DNA of 56,805 nucleotides from Catajapyx aquilonaris (GCA_000934665.2 JYFJ02002451.1:1-56805), one strand, 5' to 3'. Positions 27,299-41,378 are shown, counted from the stretch's first letter. The notes: generated by a model from the sequence alone, not told the origin. Program-made: numbers and translations.

Positions 27299-27711
27299 CT
27301 CTGCGTGTGCTCAGTTTGTACCCACTGGCACTGGCTCCCCGTAATAAATCTACTTTTATACATCTTTTGTGATCCTCTTGACCTTCTTAATGACGGGGTA
27401 AAAGCTGTTGCAGTAGTCTAAACCTTGACCAAGGTCATGATCATCGAGCACTTTATAACGCTGATCTTCACTAAGAAGGATTGTGTCGCCTTAATCATAA
27501 GCCTACAAAATTAGCCTGTCCACAGGAATTCCTGCTAAGTTCAGAAGGACATTTTACCTTCCGGAAGGTAGGGCCAATCAACTGGCTGTTCATTAGATAT
27601 AGAAAGTTATATCTTACTAATTAATTCATGCAAAAAAGTGTATGTCCAAAGAAAAATATATGGTTTTTATTTCAGAATATTATGGTCTTGCAACAAATTG
27701 CTGGCAAATTA

Positions 27712-29596
27712 TTATTTCTTTGCAGGCACAATCAAGTCGGCAATGGCTGGGATCAGGTTGCAATAAATGTCTATCCCTCGGAGGAAGATTTCGTCATTGA
27801 GGAATTCGTTGTGGTCGTGCAGGAGGATTGGGGTATGATTCATAGGAGAAAACCCAAGTGCCGGGATGCCCAACTGTAAAAATGCACAAAATTGAATGGA
27901 ATTAGCCGCAATTGAGTCGAATCACCAAGCAATAATTCACATTTGCTTTCACTTATTCATACTTCACAAAGTTATGTAACACTTCACACAAATCTAGACA
28001 AAAAAATTGCTCACCTCCCGCAAGTAGCGACTGTCAGTTGCAGCTGGGAATATCTCGCATTTCAACTCCAAGTTCCTGGAGAAAGAAAACAAAAGGCGTG
28101 AAGAAAAGGGCAGGGTAATTATTTTAAAACAACAGAGTGCCACTAGTTTTACTCATCATGTATGGCTCTATAACTGCAACGAAACTCACATCTTGTCACA
28201 TTCCTTCTTGAATGCCACCCACCAAGGGTTGGCATCTGTGATGTTAGTGCTGTCAACCATGTCATTCTTTTGTACGAAGCTGTACGTGACACCTTCCCCA
28301 GCATTTTTGCACCATCCGCGGACCATGTTCTCAAATCGCTCAGTACCCAGGGAGTGGCTTATCCGGCAGTCAAAGGTTACACTCAGCTCCTGTGGAACGA
28401 CATTTGCCTGGACTCCACCCTGCAATAAAAAACCAAACCATGTCAGCATCATTAAACAAGACTGTCCTTGCTTGTGTAGCAATGAGAGTGTCTAGTCAAT
28501 TACATCTAAAATGGTGAGGTTGACAGTGGTGACATCGCCAAGACTCAGGCTGGGATCACTCTCCAGTTGCTTCTTCTCTTCTTCTCTGAAATCCATGAAG
28601 GAGTTGATCAGCCTCCGAATCTTCTCGCCACTAGTAGCTTCGATAAACCGGGATCCATGACCAGGGTTTCCAGGCACACTAAACTGCACATCTATTATGA
28701 AAATAATGATAATCAACCAATTAAGTAAGTAATTAAGTCATTTATACTCACGCCAAAGGGCTCTCTCCCCGTAGTAAAGGTAGAAAGCCTCCGTTGGATT
28801 GGCCATTCCCTCATCCAGTGCAAATCCGACATTCAAACGTTTGAACTCCTCCGTGTGCACGAATGTCTTCATTCCATCATGTCCTCCGATCTCTTCGTCT
28901 AATTGAAGTAAGAAAGATGTTACAGAGGCCAAGTATGCATCACTTTCAAACCCACCTGGCACAAATGAGAGGTGAATGGTCCTTGCGAACCTCTTTCCTT
29001 GAGCTTTCAGTTTGCGAATGGCTTCAATGTATTGAATCCCAACGCACTTCATGTCCTGGGTTCCACGCCCATGGATGTTCCCTTCTTCGTCCACTACTGC
29101 ATCAAATGGTGCATGCTTCCAACACTCCTGAGAACCAATAAGTAACGATAAGTTTGCCATTACAAAACACTTTGTAATTAATGAAGTATATTACCGGATA
29201 GACTGGAACAACATCAGTGTGGGAGTTCAGCAGAACGGACGGCAATTGCGGCTGTGTACCCTCCCAGGTCATGTAGAATATGGGCTTCCCAGGGACGCAT
29301 TCTGTCACTTTCCACGGAAGGGGGACGCTCTCTGCCTGACGCTGGAGAAATGACATGCACCCAGCTGCAGGGAGAAAACATCCAGATTAGTAATGCCATG
29401 CTAAAATGCTAACGTTCAATGTGTGCCCCCAGGACGTATTGAGTATGCATTGGTAATACTACGGTGGCGACGTATACAAACCATAGTCCGGATTGGGCTG
29501 CACGGACTTGATCTTGACGTACTCCACAAAGTTCTGGATTGCCTTTCGGTCTGAGTCGACCCGAGGCTTATTCTTGCCTGATCCGTTGCTTGCCAT
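27712..29596 (-). CDS. ACY1: Aminoacylase-1 (peptidase M20A), copy B
   Basis: Same 8-exon structure, [10 protein letters not shown] to [10 protein letters not shown]. Motifs [44 protein letters not shown] and LHDHNEFL. Confidence 0.94.
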
Positions 29597-30143
29597 ACTT
29601 CAGACTGATATGCTGCTGATGCTGCTTCCAAGGCTGATGCTGCTTCCAAGGCTCTCCTTCTAATAAAAAGTCAAGTCACGTTCACCTCTCACTTAAAAAA
29701 GACCTTTTAACCTTGTCAGCACCTTGTCAGCATGTCACAGATAAGAATAGACATATCAGAAAGAAAGAAAAAATTGTGTCCAAAGGTCGACAGCACGTAA
29801 CTGGCATTAAATCAACCGGTTTCCTAATCAACATTAACTAATGAAGCTGTGGGCACTAATTGGCATTAAAATCAAAAGCGACACAACCGGTTTGTTAAAT
29901 ACGGTATCGTATCCGGGCTTAACCTGAAATGAACCGCAGGGATGCCAACAGAATGTGGCAACACTGTGAATGTACAGTCAATGACAAAAATATATGCTTT
30001 TTTGTCGCAATATATTTTACGCCTTTTTAATTGTTAATTAGAAATTATATAATTAGTTGTTTATGTTATCGTGGCAGGGCTGCCAACCTGAATCCGGATA
30101 AGGGAATAATAAACGCAGCAGGACTTTTTTCAGTCTTATAAAA
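29597..30143. promoter_or_regulatory. Likely bidirectional promoter ACY1-B / cereblon
   Basis: Head-to-head ATGs ~550 nt apart. TGGCAACACTG and CAGGG(A/C)TGCCAAC motifs at ~29937-29965 and ~30075-30087. Confidence 0.5.
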
Positions 30144-31842
30144 ATGGATCCTCCGGATGACGTTCTAGACTCGACGGACGACTCAGGTATTTTCTGAAAC
30201 AAAAAACAAGACGAAGAGAAAAACATACACACGAAAAAGAATCCCCCACAAAAATTACAAGAGCGAAAAAATATGGCCTCACTTTGGGCCCGTTTGGCAA
30301 GACGCTTGAGAAGTACGGATGCTTCAAAGATTTATTATTATTTTTGTTTTGCTTTTGGTTTTGCTGCTTTTTTATGTACTAGATTTTTTTAATTGGCATT
30401 GCTTAATTGTGGGGTTGTTTTTTTTTTCCAGATTTGTCAGATGATGATCGTGCGGTGGATGCGGAGGATGAGGACGACGGAGCTGTTGTTCTGAGGGCGA
30501 TGGATCAGAGTTCGAGCAACGATGAGAACGAGGTTGACGGAGAGATGTTTGACCCCTGCTTGCCCATCAAGCATTCCGTAAGTTCTGGCGCAATTGTGTG
30601 ACTCGTAATTAACCAAGTTCGTTGCAGTACCTGGGCAACGACCTGGAGGAGCTTCACGGACGGACGGTGCTTGAAGACGACTCAACGGAAACCATCCCGC
30701 TTCTGCCTCAGTCCGGAGTGGTACTAGTTCCCGGACAGACCTTACCGCTTACCGTACACCAGCCATCGACTGCCAGCATGATCAGGCGGGTCATAGACGG
30801 CAATCGTACATTCGGGATAATCAGCATATGCTATCCACCGCCATCGTACTTCCCAAAGCCTGTTGATTTCGGGACGACAGCAGAGGTGTACGAGTTTCGG
30901 GAGGAGACTGAAACCGAAGCGGGGCTGAGAGTCAAGGCTAAAGGGCGGCAGAGGTTCAAGGTACTGGAGACTAGAAGGCAAGTGGACGGCACCATGGTCG
31001 CACGAGTCAAGATCTTGACTGATATCATATTGCCCGATCCACTAGAAGAAGTGAAGCTGAAATGTCTTGAAAAATTCAAGCTGCGAAGGAGCGGCGATGT
31101 TAAGAAGCAGGTATGGCCGTAATATCAACTGTGTTAGCACAAGTACATTCCGCGTATTTTCAGATTCGTCGTCGCAATGCACATGTGACTCCCTGGCCAT
31201 CATGGGTGTATGATCAGTACGACCCGGCTATCCTGTCCGCTCGTATGGGTACGGCTCTGCGTCCTCCACGCAGCTCACCCCGCCCACCACAAGACCCACT
31301 GGAGCTGTCGTATTGGGCGGCACAGCACCTTCCTCTGGAGGACTCCCAGCGACTTGCCCTCCTTCGAATCAATTCGCCCATACAGCGCCTCAGGTATGAG
31401 CTGAGCGTGTGGGGAAAATGCAAGAGCTTGTGCTGCCGGGAGTGTGGGAGGCAGCTGGCCAATCATCAGGATGTGTTCTCCATGTCCGTCGAGGGACCTC
31501 TGGCTTCATACTGCAATCCTGGCGGATACGTACATGACACTTTGACGCTGCATCGGGCCAAAGGACTCATGCTCATGGGAAGCGCGCAGACTGAATTCAG
31601 CTGGTTTCCAGGGTATGGCATCTTATCCGCACCGTACTGTCAGTGGATAATGTTACTTAAATTTTTACAGGTACGCGTGGACTGTGGCCGAGTGCAGCAA
31701 CTGCCATTCGCATGTAGGATGGAAGTTTACGGCTACAAAGAAGAAGCTGAAGCCCGAGAAGTTCTGGGGTTTGTGCCGGAAGTCTCTTATTACTGGATTT
31801 ATGAAGTCGGACGGTACTGGACAGATGCGGCCTGTCATCTGA
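30144..31842 (+). CDS. CRBN: Cereblon (LON-N + CULT/thalidomide-binding domain)
   Basis: Exons 30144-30186, 30432-30577, 30628-31110, 31164-31612, 31671-31842. Motifs [90 protein letters not shown]. Confidence 0.96.
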
Positions 31843-32764
31843 AGCGGAAGAGGCGGTGCAGGGTAACGGAACAAGTGGACGCAAAGACCAGACGTCATGG
31901 GATGTTCTTTCGATCATTTTTCAGCAGCTGCGGCTGCACTCATGCCATTGAATTCCGTACCCTGTAGTATTAACACTTTTTCTGCCATGCTTTTTCCTAC
32001 TAACTTGTAAGTGTCCCTTCTGTCAACAAATCATGTAACCGAAAATGCATAGAAGTTGTGGCGTTTTAAACCCGAGCTCCCTCGTAAGACCAGGAAGCTT
32101 TAAAAAGAGTAGTGATATTAGTCTCGGAATAAGTTCGAGGCACTTGTGTTACTGAAAGTTAATGGTTCACTCCTAAGGCGTTAGGCTTGGGCCACACTCG
32201 TTGTAAATTATAAGACTGTACAGCCTTACTCTTGTATAATGTGTAATAAAGCGTGTCGACCAAATTTCTGCTGTTTCGACTGTTGGTTTGTTCAAAGAGT
32301 TCTGCTAGAATATGTTTGGCCAAAAAATATGCCAAAAAAAAGTACGGTACGCTACTTGTTCTCTCGTAACCGCTCGTAAGCAGGAAAGAGAGGAAGGGAG
32401 AAAAAAAAAACAACCCTGCAATGATCAAAAGTGATCTTATTTTCATCCAAAATGAGGCTCCATGTTTATCAAAAAGAAGAAGAGAAAAAAAAGCTTGGTG
32501 GGTACAAACATTGTACAAAAAAAGTACCACATATGCTCAGGGAAGACAATAAAATGAAAAACACCTGGCAACAATGGTCATAACAAGTTTCTAAATAATA
32601 ATCATCACCTGGGACACACTTACAAACTAGTCCTTTTTTATCCGGATACATTTGTGAACACTTTGTGGGCATCAAAAAATATGCTTGGGATTGGGTTGTA
32701 AAATCATCCGGATTTCCGCCATCGCTCCCAGGTCGCAACGTGCAAAGGGTTTTTTTTAGTCTCC

Positions 32765-33538
32765 TCACATCACCTCCATAGCACTCTGGTTGCTGTCAGT
32801 GTTCAGAGGACGGTTGACTATCAGCGGTGGTTCCATAAGGCTCGATCCGTCCATGTCCGGCCGATTTGCAGGCACGCCCGAGTCCATATCCAGCATACCG
32901 TCCTCTGCACCGCCTAGCGTACCTTCCGTCACTTCCCCGTCGCCTCCCACGCCCTCGCCGCCATCCCAATCAATCTTGAACCGGGTAACACGTGGAGCGG
33001 ACGCCAGGATGTTGCGAGTAAGCTGGAAAAGTACGACTTGTTAACTGGGCTCATGCGCAAACCGGTGCGCTCACCTTCTCGAATTGGGGCGACGCAGGCG
33101 GATTCTCCCTCATCTCCTGGTCGCTGTATTCGTTGTTGACGTAGTAGCCGACCCGCACGAATTCCTTCCCCTTGTAAGCGCATGTGAGCAAGACGACGGT
33201 GACTCCGACCGCGTCCGCAACCGGGATCTTGTCCGTCTCAGGCGCATTTGCTTGGAACACAAACATGTGCCTTCCCTCGGGTATGGGTCCGACGAACACG
33301 GTGTCCAGAACCTGGTCGTGGTCCTCGCTCTCCGCTGACCCCACGTAGATGATCTTCCATTCCAGATCTGCAACAATAAATGGGCAATGTAACGCTCTGG
33401 AATGTTCCGTGTGGTGACGGTTACGTTACCTTCTTTGAGGTCCTCTATGCACTCGAATGTGATTTCGAACTGGAACGGGTTGAGGAACGGGGAAGGGTTG
33501 TCCAGCACCACCACGTTGCTCAGGTGAACCTTGGCCAT
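32765..33538 (-). CDS. asf1: Histone chaperone ASF1, 219 aa
   Basis: Exons 33538-33430, 33367-33075, 33022-32765. MAKVHLSNVVVLDNPSPFLNPFQFEITFEC...WKIIYVGSAESEDHDQVLD...EFVRVGYYVNNEY...RNILASAPRVTRFKIDW. Confidence 0.97.
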
Positions 33539-34224
33539 CTCAGGTCAAAAACTTGTTCCAAAAATGTGTTCCAAATGAAAGTGAATAGAACAGTGTGTGA
33601 AGTGGTGCCAACCGCGCTGCTGCTGCTGCTGCTGTCCAAGGGGCCAACCGCCCCCACTTTTTCTTGCTTGTTGCTCCTTTTGTTGTCGGGAATGGGGTTT
33701 TTCCGGTTGTTGCGTTGTGTTGCGGGCTTGTTGCGTTGTTGGGTTGGCGGGAAAACGTGACAAGCGGTGGGTGGGCGGGTGGGAAAAATTTGATGGGGAG
33801 GGATGGAAATGGCGTGGAGGGGGCGGCGGAAAAGTGGCGGGTAACATATGGAGCGATAGTATCTACCACCGGCGATTGGTGGTATGTTTGGTATCGATTT
33901 GTGGCGCGACTGTTTGAAATGATGTTGGTTGTTTTATTAGGATGGTTCCTCCAGCTGAACAAGTTGAATGTCCTTAGAACGGTCCGTGGACACTATTGAC
34001 CCTTGACCTCAGACATAAAGTAGGCAATGGGATACAACCGGAGCGAAACTCGTGGAAAGAGGTTGGTTGGATTATCTCCGTGTTCGTGTGGGTTTTCTCG
34101 GGGCTCTCCCGTTTCCTGCCGTTATCAAAACCCATCGGAATACAGGCAAATGATTAAAGACGGGTATTTAAAAGATGATACCAGACCCAAGAAGGCCTAT
34201 CACGGGGTATCCGCATCCATTATG

Positions 34225-34347
34225 CCCGATTGCACTAACCGAAATTACCGATCCGATAGCTCCTAATGGATCGTTAGGAGCCCCTATGACGTGTGCTAAC
34301 GATCTGTTAGGAGCTGTCGAATCGGTAATTTCAGTGGTGCAATTGGG
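34225..34347. mobile_element. Degenerate palindromic MITE (possibly PIF/Harbinger-like)
   Basis: CCCGATTGCACTAACCGAAATTACCGATCCGATAGCTCCTAA pairs with TTAGGAGCTGTCGAATCGGTAATTTCAGTGGTGCAATTGGG. Inner GATCGTTAG/CTAACGATC is also inverted. Confidence 0.65.
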
Positions 34348-34809
34348 AATTATACCTTTGCAGAAATAGCAGTGTTAGCTGTTGCTGTATAATGTGTAAA
34401 GGCGAAACTTTTTATCCTAATTCAGATCAGACCCCCATTTTGCCACGGGCGTAGCCTTATAAGTTAATTTAGCATTCAGACGGTATTTCATTGGAATGCT
34501 GCTGAGCAGTAACGTATAAAAAGTAATATTGGTAAACAATATTTATTGCACAATCTGCGACAGGAACAGCCCAGCCTCCAGCTATATATTTCATTATATT
34601 TCTACAGATCCTCCAGATTCCCCCTGGTTGCGTACTAATCCCGGCACACAATGGGCATATTGAGGCCCACACAAAGAGAAGGTTTATATGCAGATGTAAT
34701 TTTGTAATTGGCAATAAATCAGATATTATCACGCAGAAACCCGCAGACATGTGTATAGAACCTGACAAAGCCTTTTTCTCTGACTAGAGGTATCTAGTTA
34801 CTGATGGAC

Positions 34810-37457
34810 ATGAGACGCCCACTTTCAGCGCTCTTCATTATCATTACTGGTAAGTTGTAACCTCCCAAGAAGAGTATCACTGCAGTGAACGCGTATATCT
34901 CGATAAGGTACAGTACATACTCATTACGAATACTTTAAAAAACCGTCGCAATTATAAAACTATTGGAAATAAAAGTAATAACGTCCCTCATAAACATGTC
35001 GGTGCTGTCCTTGTTAGCTGTCTCGTTGTCTATGCTGCACTGCACTAATCTCCAATTAAACAGGGAGAATAGGTGAAGAACTGTTCAACATTATTGTCAG
35101 TATGGACTATTACTGACAACTGGTATTGAATAGTTTGGAATGGAAAAGTTCCAAAGTCGAGATATTATATTGGTTGGTAGAAATTTTACGCCGCCTCTTT
35201 GATTTGCAAAATAAAAGCCGCCAAATGCACAGCACTTGTGCATGGTGCAGTGAAAGGTGTCGTGCGTGTTTTAGAACTTTGTCAATAATATTATTCCAGT
35301 TGCTGGAGGGATTGATAAACCGGATTACCCTCGTGCTAACTTGGACTACAGATACTTAACTTCAGATGTTGTTAATACCTTCACACTCACTGTCGACTGC
35401 GGTATGACCACATCCATCATGTAGCCTACTGTACATGAAGCAAAAATAGTTTAATTCTAATCACAACATCGCAGGTGCCCAAATCGGTCGGTTCAACAAC
35501 TGCGACGGGCATTGCTATTGGGAGGGACTGCCCGATTGCAACTACAGGGAGACCAAGTTCTACCTGACCAACTCCGACAACCTTTCACTGGTTCAAAGGC
35601 TGGAGTTCAACTATACTGAACTGCTGGAGAAGTCGAACTTCAACAATCGATGCCCGACAGTGCTCATCGTCCATGGGCTCACGGAATCTGCAGATGTGGA
35701 GTGGATAATCCGGATGCAGGACTCTTTCATGTGGAAGGTAGGCTCTTCTCAGTACTTCAGTTACGCTTGACGGTAATTACCTCAGTAATGAGGTATCGCT
35801 TGCGTGACACGGCTTTACATGAAATATTTGATAACGACCAGAGACTAATTGCCAGCACCTAAGCTTGCATCACTCTGATGCAATTATCTCATTGTGATGC
35901 ACCTGTTGACATACACTCACGGTCATAAATAACTTTACAACCTCTTTTATATATCAGCATTATAGCACAAGGCACAACCATGTCAGTTATTGATATACAG
36001 TAGGCTACAACTGGCGCGGTGATAATACAGAGAGTGCAATAACTTAACTGTGGACGATTGATCCCAACAAATGGACCAATAATGAATTATACTGATTGCA
36101 GTACTCGTGCGCAAATGTAATCCGCATCGGTTGGGAAGATCGTCCAGACGTGAATGCTCTGGACATAGCCCGACACTCGGAGCTTGTTGGTCGACGAATA
36201 GGCTTCTTCTGCCAGATGCTGGTCAACGTAATGGACACCAGTCCTGACCTCCTTCACCTGATAGGGTTCAGCATGGGAGCAATCATGTCCGGATATACAG
36301 GGGAATACCTGGGGAAAAGACACGACATTCTGCTCGGAAGAATCACTGGTTAGTGAATAATTCCACCATTGTTAATCAAGTGAAGGCAAAAATGTGCTGA
36401 TTTTAGCAATTTCAGCTCTTGATCCGTACGGTCCGGGTGGATGTTACATGAAGCAAATTGCAGGCGGTTACATGTTGAACCCATCGCATGCCAAGTATGT
36501 GGATGTGCTGCATTCAAACGGAGGCTTCATATTTCTGGTACAGTTGGGATGCACCGAGCCACTGGGACATGTGGACTACTATCCAAACGGAGGACAATTG
36601 CAGCCAACATGCAAAGACGTCCCATGTATAACTTACGCTGTCATTACTTTGAGCATTTTTGTTGCAAATAATGATCCTGGACTTGTGTTTGCAGTTAACC
36701 CGCTTTGCAGCCACTACTCGGCCCCGGCTTATTTCACCAGCACCATTCTGTCCGAATATTGTCGTTTCAAGTCCTTCCCTGCTCCTCAAGGGTCCAATTT
36801 CAACACATTTGAGCAAGGGAAGTACTTCAACTGCAATGGAAACAACTGCGGAGAAATGGGATTCCACTCTATCGAGACTAATGGGACTGGAAAGCAATTT
36901 CTCAAGACGCTGGGGAAGCCTCCATATTGTGGTCAGTTGGTCACTAATGACCTCACAATGGGAAATGTAAATGAGAACTTACCATTATTTTCCTTCTTCT
37001 CATATTCTCTGTAGGGAGCCAATTTCTGGTTACAGTGACGGGTGATTTGCGTCATGTAAATTTTCTTATCGAACTGTCAGACGGAAATAATACGACTGGA
37101 GAAATGAAATTTTCTGCCCGGTATGTCTGCCCATTTTTGAGTTGCAAAAGTAACGCGTTTGATTAATCGTTTTTTTGCAGCAACTCCCAAGTTGTCATTG
37201 GAATTTACTCACCCCTGGATTTTAGCCGTGGTCGAATCATTACTGCAACTATTACCTCGAGAGTGCAACAAATCATGACTCTGACCGTGACAAATGATCG
37301 TGGGCAGAGGTATTCAACTTTGGTGTACTTGTCATCATTTGACAGTATGTTCTAAGACCTCTTTCCATTTTCCAGCAAGTATAACTGCAATGTTGATGCA
37401 GGACTGAGAACACGTTTTCAACGTCATCAGATTACCCTGAATGACAATAGCCGTTGA
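34810..37457 (+). CDS. Secreted pancreatic-lipase family protein, copy 1
   Basis: Exons 34810-34849, 35300-35401, 35475-35737, 36102-36348, 36416-36625, 36695-36931, 37015-37120, 37181-37309 and 37376-37457 splice in frame. Signal peptide; IVHG; LHLIGFSMG (Ser); RITALDP (Asp); YVDVLHSNGG; GHVDYYPNGG; CSH (His); short C-terminal beta domain. Confidence 0.9.
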
Positions 37458-38608
37458 AATCAATTGCACAAAATCATATACACACTGATGGCTCATAATT
37501 AATCAACCACCCAATTTTATGTCGTAGGGCACATGTAAAATGCAAATTGAGGCCATCACGTATGTGAGAAAAGTGATAGCAAAAAAGTGCAACTTTTGAA
37601 ATGTTATTATTGTGTAAACACGTTTTATTATACACTTAATTTTAGTCAGAAAATGTTAAATTGGCGCTACTTTTAACTCTCCCGCTTAGCTCATATTTTG
37701 GAACAGTTATATGTCATATTGAGTTTCATTACGCGTTGTTGTACCGAGTTTCAAGTATGAAGTATGTCTTGATGTTCCGAATCGTTAATTTATATGTTTT
37801 AGCCAGATCAGTTGTATACGCGGGGGGAACTGTGTGACCTGTACCGATCAAGGTGTACGGTACAAAATAAAGGATGATGCACTGTTTCTTGATGTCTTTT
37901 ACTGATGTCACAATGTCTCGTGGAGCGGAAGGTCACTATTGGAAGAAAGATATCATTAATTTTGTTGCCAGTGTTGGATAAAATATTAGCTGTCCATGTT
38001 GTATAATTTTGCGGGTTTAATTGTCGAACAGTGGACCAATTGACTACGCATTTCATTGACTTCACATGTCTCTGCATGGCTTATTGTACAACTGCTTTTG
38101 TATGCCGTCTTCTCTACCGTTAAGAATTGAATATTGTAAAGGTTAAGGTGCACTAAAATGCAACAATCGGCCATTCGTTACACCATTTGTCTATCTGCAA
38201 GTACCGCTCTTACTTTTTTTAAATAGAAACGCATTATTCATATCTCCGAGATGGGCTCTTTATATTGGATTGTAGGGACTATAAGAAAAAAAACTACATG
38301 ACGTAAACAAGTCCCATTCAGCACCGCACTTGGTATTACATTGTGATGAGAATGAGGTTCACCACCATATAAATTCTCAGCCCGTCTGTATGTACTGTAT
38401 GAAAGAGTATACACGAAATATTGAGATGAATCAAGATATAGTATTCATCCCAGTATTTCATATGGGCACATAAATTATCGATAATAATCAGGTCAATTAG
38501 TAAAATGTGACCGGGATAGTTTTGCATTTTATGAATGGTTTTCCAAGAGTCGGAATTGGAAGAAAATGAAATTTTTCCTGGCGTGGTCGTATTCGTCTAT
38601 ACCTTATA

Positions 38609-39850
38609 TTATTCTTCGTAATTGTAGGAGTAGTCCTCTTCCTCATCCCCGTCCTCGTCGACGTCATCTGCCGGCATATTGGGGATCCCACCGGCCAACC
38701 CTTTGCCGAGGAGCTTGGTGAAGTCCCTGAGTGACTTGCCCCTTCCTTCAGGCATGTTTTGAGACGCCCTCACCAGCAATTCGGTGAACCTGGCCGCGTC
38801 GTCCTTCTCATCTTTGGACATCCCCTTCAGAGCTTTAACCAGCGTGGCGTCCTGATCTCCTGCAGACCTTAACCCGAGGGAGTCTCGGAACTGATTCTGC
38901 ATCTTCCCCATCATGTCCATCACTCCATGGCCGAAGTCATTGGCCATGTGCTTGTCACTCTGGGACATGAAGCTGAGGGCCTCCTGCATCAGGGAATTGC
39001 GGTCACTAAATCCACCAGACATACCACCACTTGATGAGAACTTTTCCGCTGCAGATTCAATCGAAGGAAGAAAGTGTTGTGAAACGTGCTGTACAATCAT
39101 GACGGTGCACTGCCCATGTCCAGAGTCAAGAGGGTGAGAGGTTATGGACTCAACAAGATACGTCTGTTTGTGACAGACTGAAACCTCTCCGCCTCTTGTA
39201 CTGGGGATATGGGAAGTGCCCTCCGTATCGCACTTTAAGAGTGCATCGATAGGCACTTGCTGTTCTTACCGTAGAAACTATTTCCGCCCTTCATTGATTT
39301 AATCATTGAGCCCGCTTGTGACAGGTGCGTGTTCATCATCTCATTCATGAACGATTCCATCATACCTGTGTGGGAAGGAAGGAAGTGGATGTATGTTCTC
39401 TACGTCGAGAAGTCATGGCACTTGTTACTCGATTTCTATGCAGAGAAGTACATAATCTTGTTGCATGAAAATACATCACGTATCCTTATAGTTATACCTC
39501 AAAACCTAGGGGTGAAAATCACGAGCATAAATTCACTATGGGAGAGTCAAACAAGAAAATAATTAGAGTCGGTTAATCGCAATTTCATAATCGTTTTTGA
39601 AAGAATATTTAGGCTGCAATCTGAATACTTTAAATGAGTGAATCTGTGCTCTTCCACGACCATGCAATTTTCTGATCATTATTGAGTGATGTGAATCTTA
39701 CTTGGTATATAGTTCGATGAACGGGTGTACCAGCTATAAATGGTGAAATTGCGACACATTTTGGGTCCTACCTACGAGATTTCCATGACTGGGCTGAATG
39801 GTGACCGACCAGACGACAGCTGTTGCCACGACGCACAGGAAGATATTCAT
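38609..39850 (-). CDS. Uncharacterised secreted helical protein with acidic tail (X1), 204 aa
   Basis: Exons 39850-39772, 39365-39270 and 39048-38609 with phase-1 GT-AG junctions. Signal peptide MNIFLCVVATAVVWSVTIQPSHG; Met-rich body; tail DDVDEDGDEEEDYSYNYEE. Paralogous to 42439-43878. Confidence 0.82.
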
Positions 39851-40924
39851 CGCTGGAAGGCCCCGAGCTGCTGACAGGCACTCAACCAATTCCACCAGCT
39901 CCACTGAGAATGCATCATTAATAACCCCTTTCTTCTTCTCGACTCCTTTCCTCACTTTATCGTCTGCTATGACGGGCCTGGCATATTGGCTCTGTTTTAC
40001 TGCTCTTTGTTTTCACAAGCCTCGGAATCAGGACTGATCCGAGAATTTTCAGATAAGCACTGGAATGTCACCTGGAGTCCGAAGAGTGACATCAATGATT
40101 GTATATGAATGAGGCGAAATGAAAGCTACCAAATTTTGCTTTAGACAAAGTGTGCTGTGCCAACTTTTATGGCATGATTTGCAAAAAACGTAACTTGCAC
40201 ATCGACACAAATGCTTAATCACGATTAGGAAAACCTGGGATGGCACCTTAATCACACTGATTTTTATGAGGTTTAAATGGCATCACCTTTGTTGCCATTG
40301 ATATAGTAGCTTCTTAAGCAATGACAACAATATCAATGAGACAGAATCAGAGTCCAGAGATAGAATTTGGCCCACACAGCCTCGTCAGTGAATATTCAGC
40401 TGAGATGATGGACCTAATTAGATAATAATTATTGGTCAAGGAATGGTCAAGGCCCAACCATCCAAGATCCTAATTAGGTTCCGGTTCTGGCTTTTACTAT
40501 AATACTAGAGCATTACGAGGGCCACAATGTGACAGTCTTGAGTGTGACGTAATAATCACTACGTCTGTGCATGATTTCTTATACAGTAAAATATGTCTAT
40601 GTTGGACACTGATGGTTCCAAGAAATTTGTCCAACAATGTCCAACATATTATGATTTCAATCTCTCAGGTTTCATAGGGCAGCAGCACCGCAATGTACTG
40701 TACGAGTAAGTACTGTACTTTCAGTGTATGTGTTCTTATTTTTGGTGCAGTACAGCACATTGTACATGCAATTTCTGAGACTGGCCTACTTTTATTTTGG
40801 TTCATGAATTGGTAACAAGTGACTGGTTTAATAAGAGAAATGTCAATATCTGCTAGGCAGCAAAAATGTCGTCAATAAGATTGACATAATCAAGTTCGAA
40901 TAGGACATTTCCGGTGATATTGTC

Positions 40925-40984
40925 ACAGCGCATTCATTTACAGCGCATTCATTTACAGCGCATTCATTTACAGCGCATTCATCT
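40925..40984 (+). repeat. 15-bp minisatellite x4
   Basis: ACAGCGCATTCATTT repeated four times (one change in the last copy). Confidence 0.95.
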
Positions 40985-41208
40985 TATCATGATTTACTTT
41001 GTGTATCCTGCAATACCTGATTCAGCACCTCATCTGTATTGCTATTTGCTACCATATTCATCGTCCGTCGTCTGGATGTTGTCATAATTGATGATGTCAC
41101 TTGAAGGCATGCTTCACAAATGTATGCAGATAGAGCTATAAGCATGGCTCAAGTTTTTAGAAAAAAAAAGAGAATATATGTAGAGTAAATGTGAAAATTG
41201 TACTGTAC

Positions 41209-41378
41209 GTGTCCAACTTAGGAGTGAAAAAAGTGTTCAACTTCCAAGATAGAGAGGTGTCCAACTTAGCAACACTGCAAGGGATAGGCTTTTCCAACGG
41301 TTCCAAAAATAATGTCCAACGTATAGGGAGGTGGCCATCTTACTACGGTGGTGTTCAACTTGACATGTCTTACTCTAT
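41209..41378. mobile_element. Degraded DNA-transposon/MITE remnant
   Basis: Repeated GTGTCCAACTT and GAGGTGTCC subterminal-type motifs; no intact TIR pair recognised. Confidence 0.35.

Noticed and set aside
29416..29654. ORF with EAASAL repeats
   Set aside because: Arises from an 18-bp duplication in the ACY1-B 5'UTR read out of frame over exon 1.
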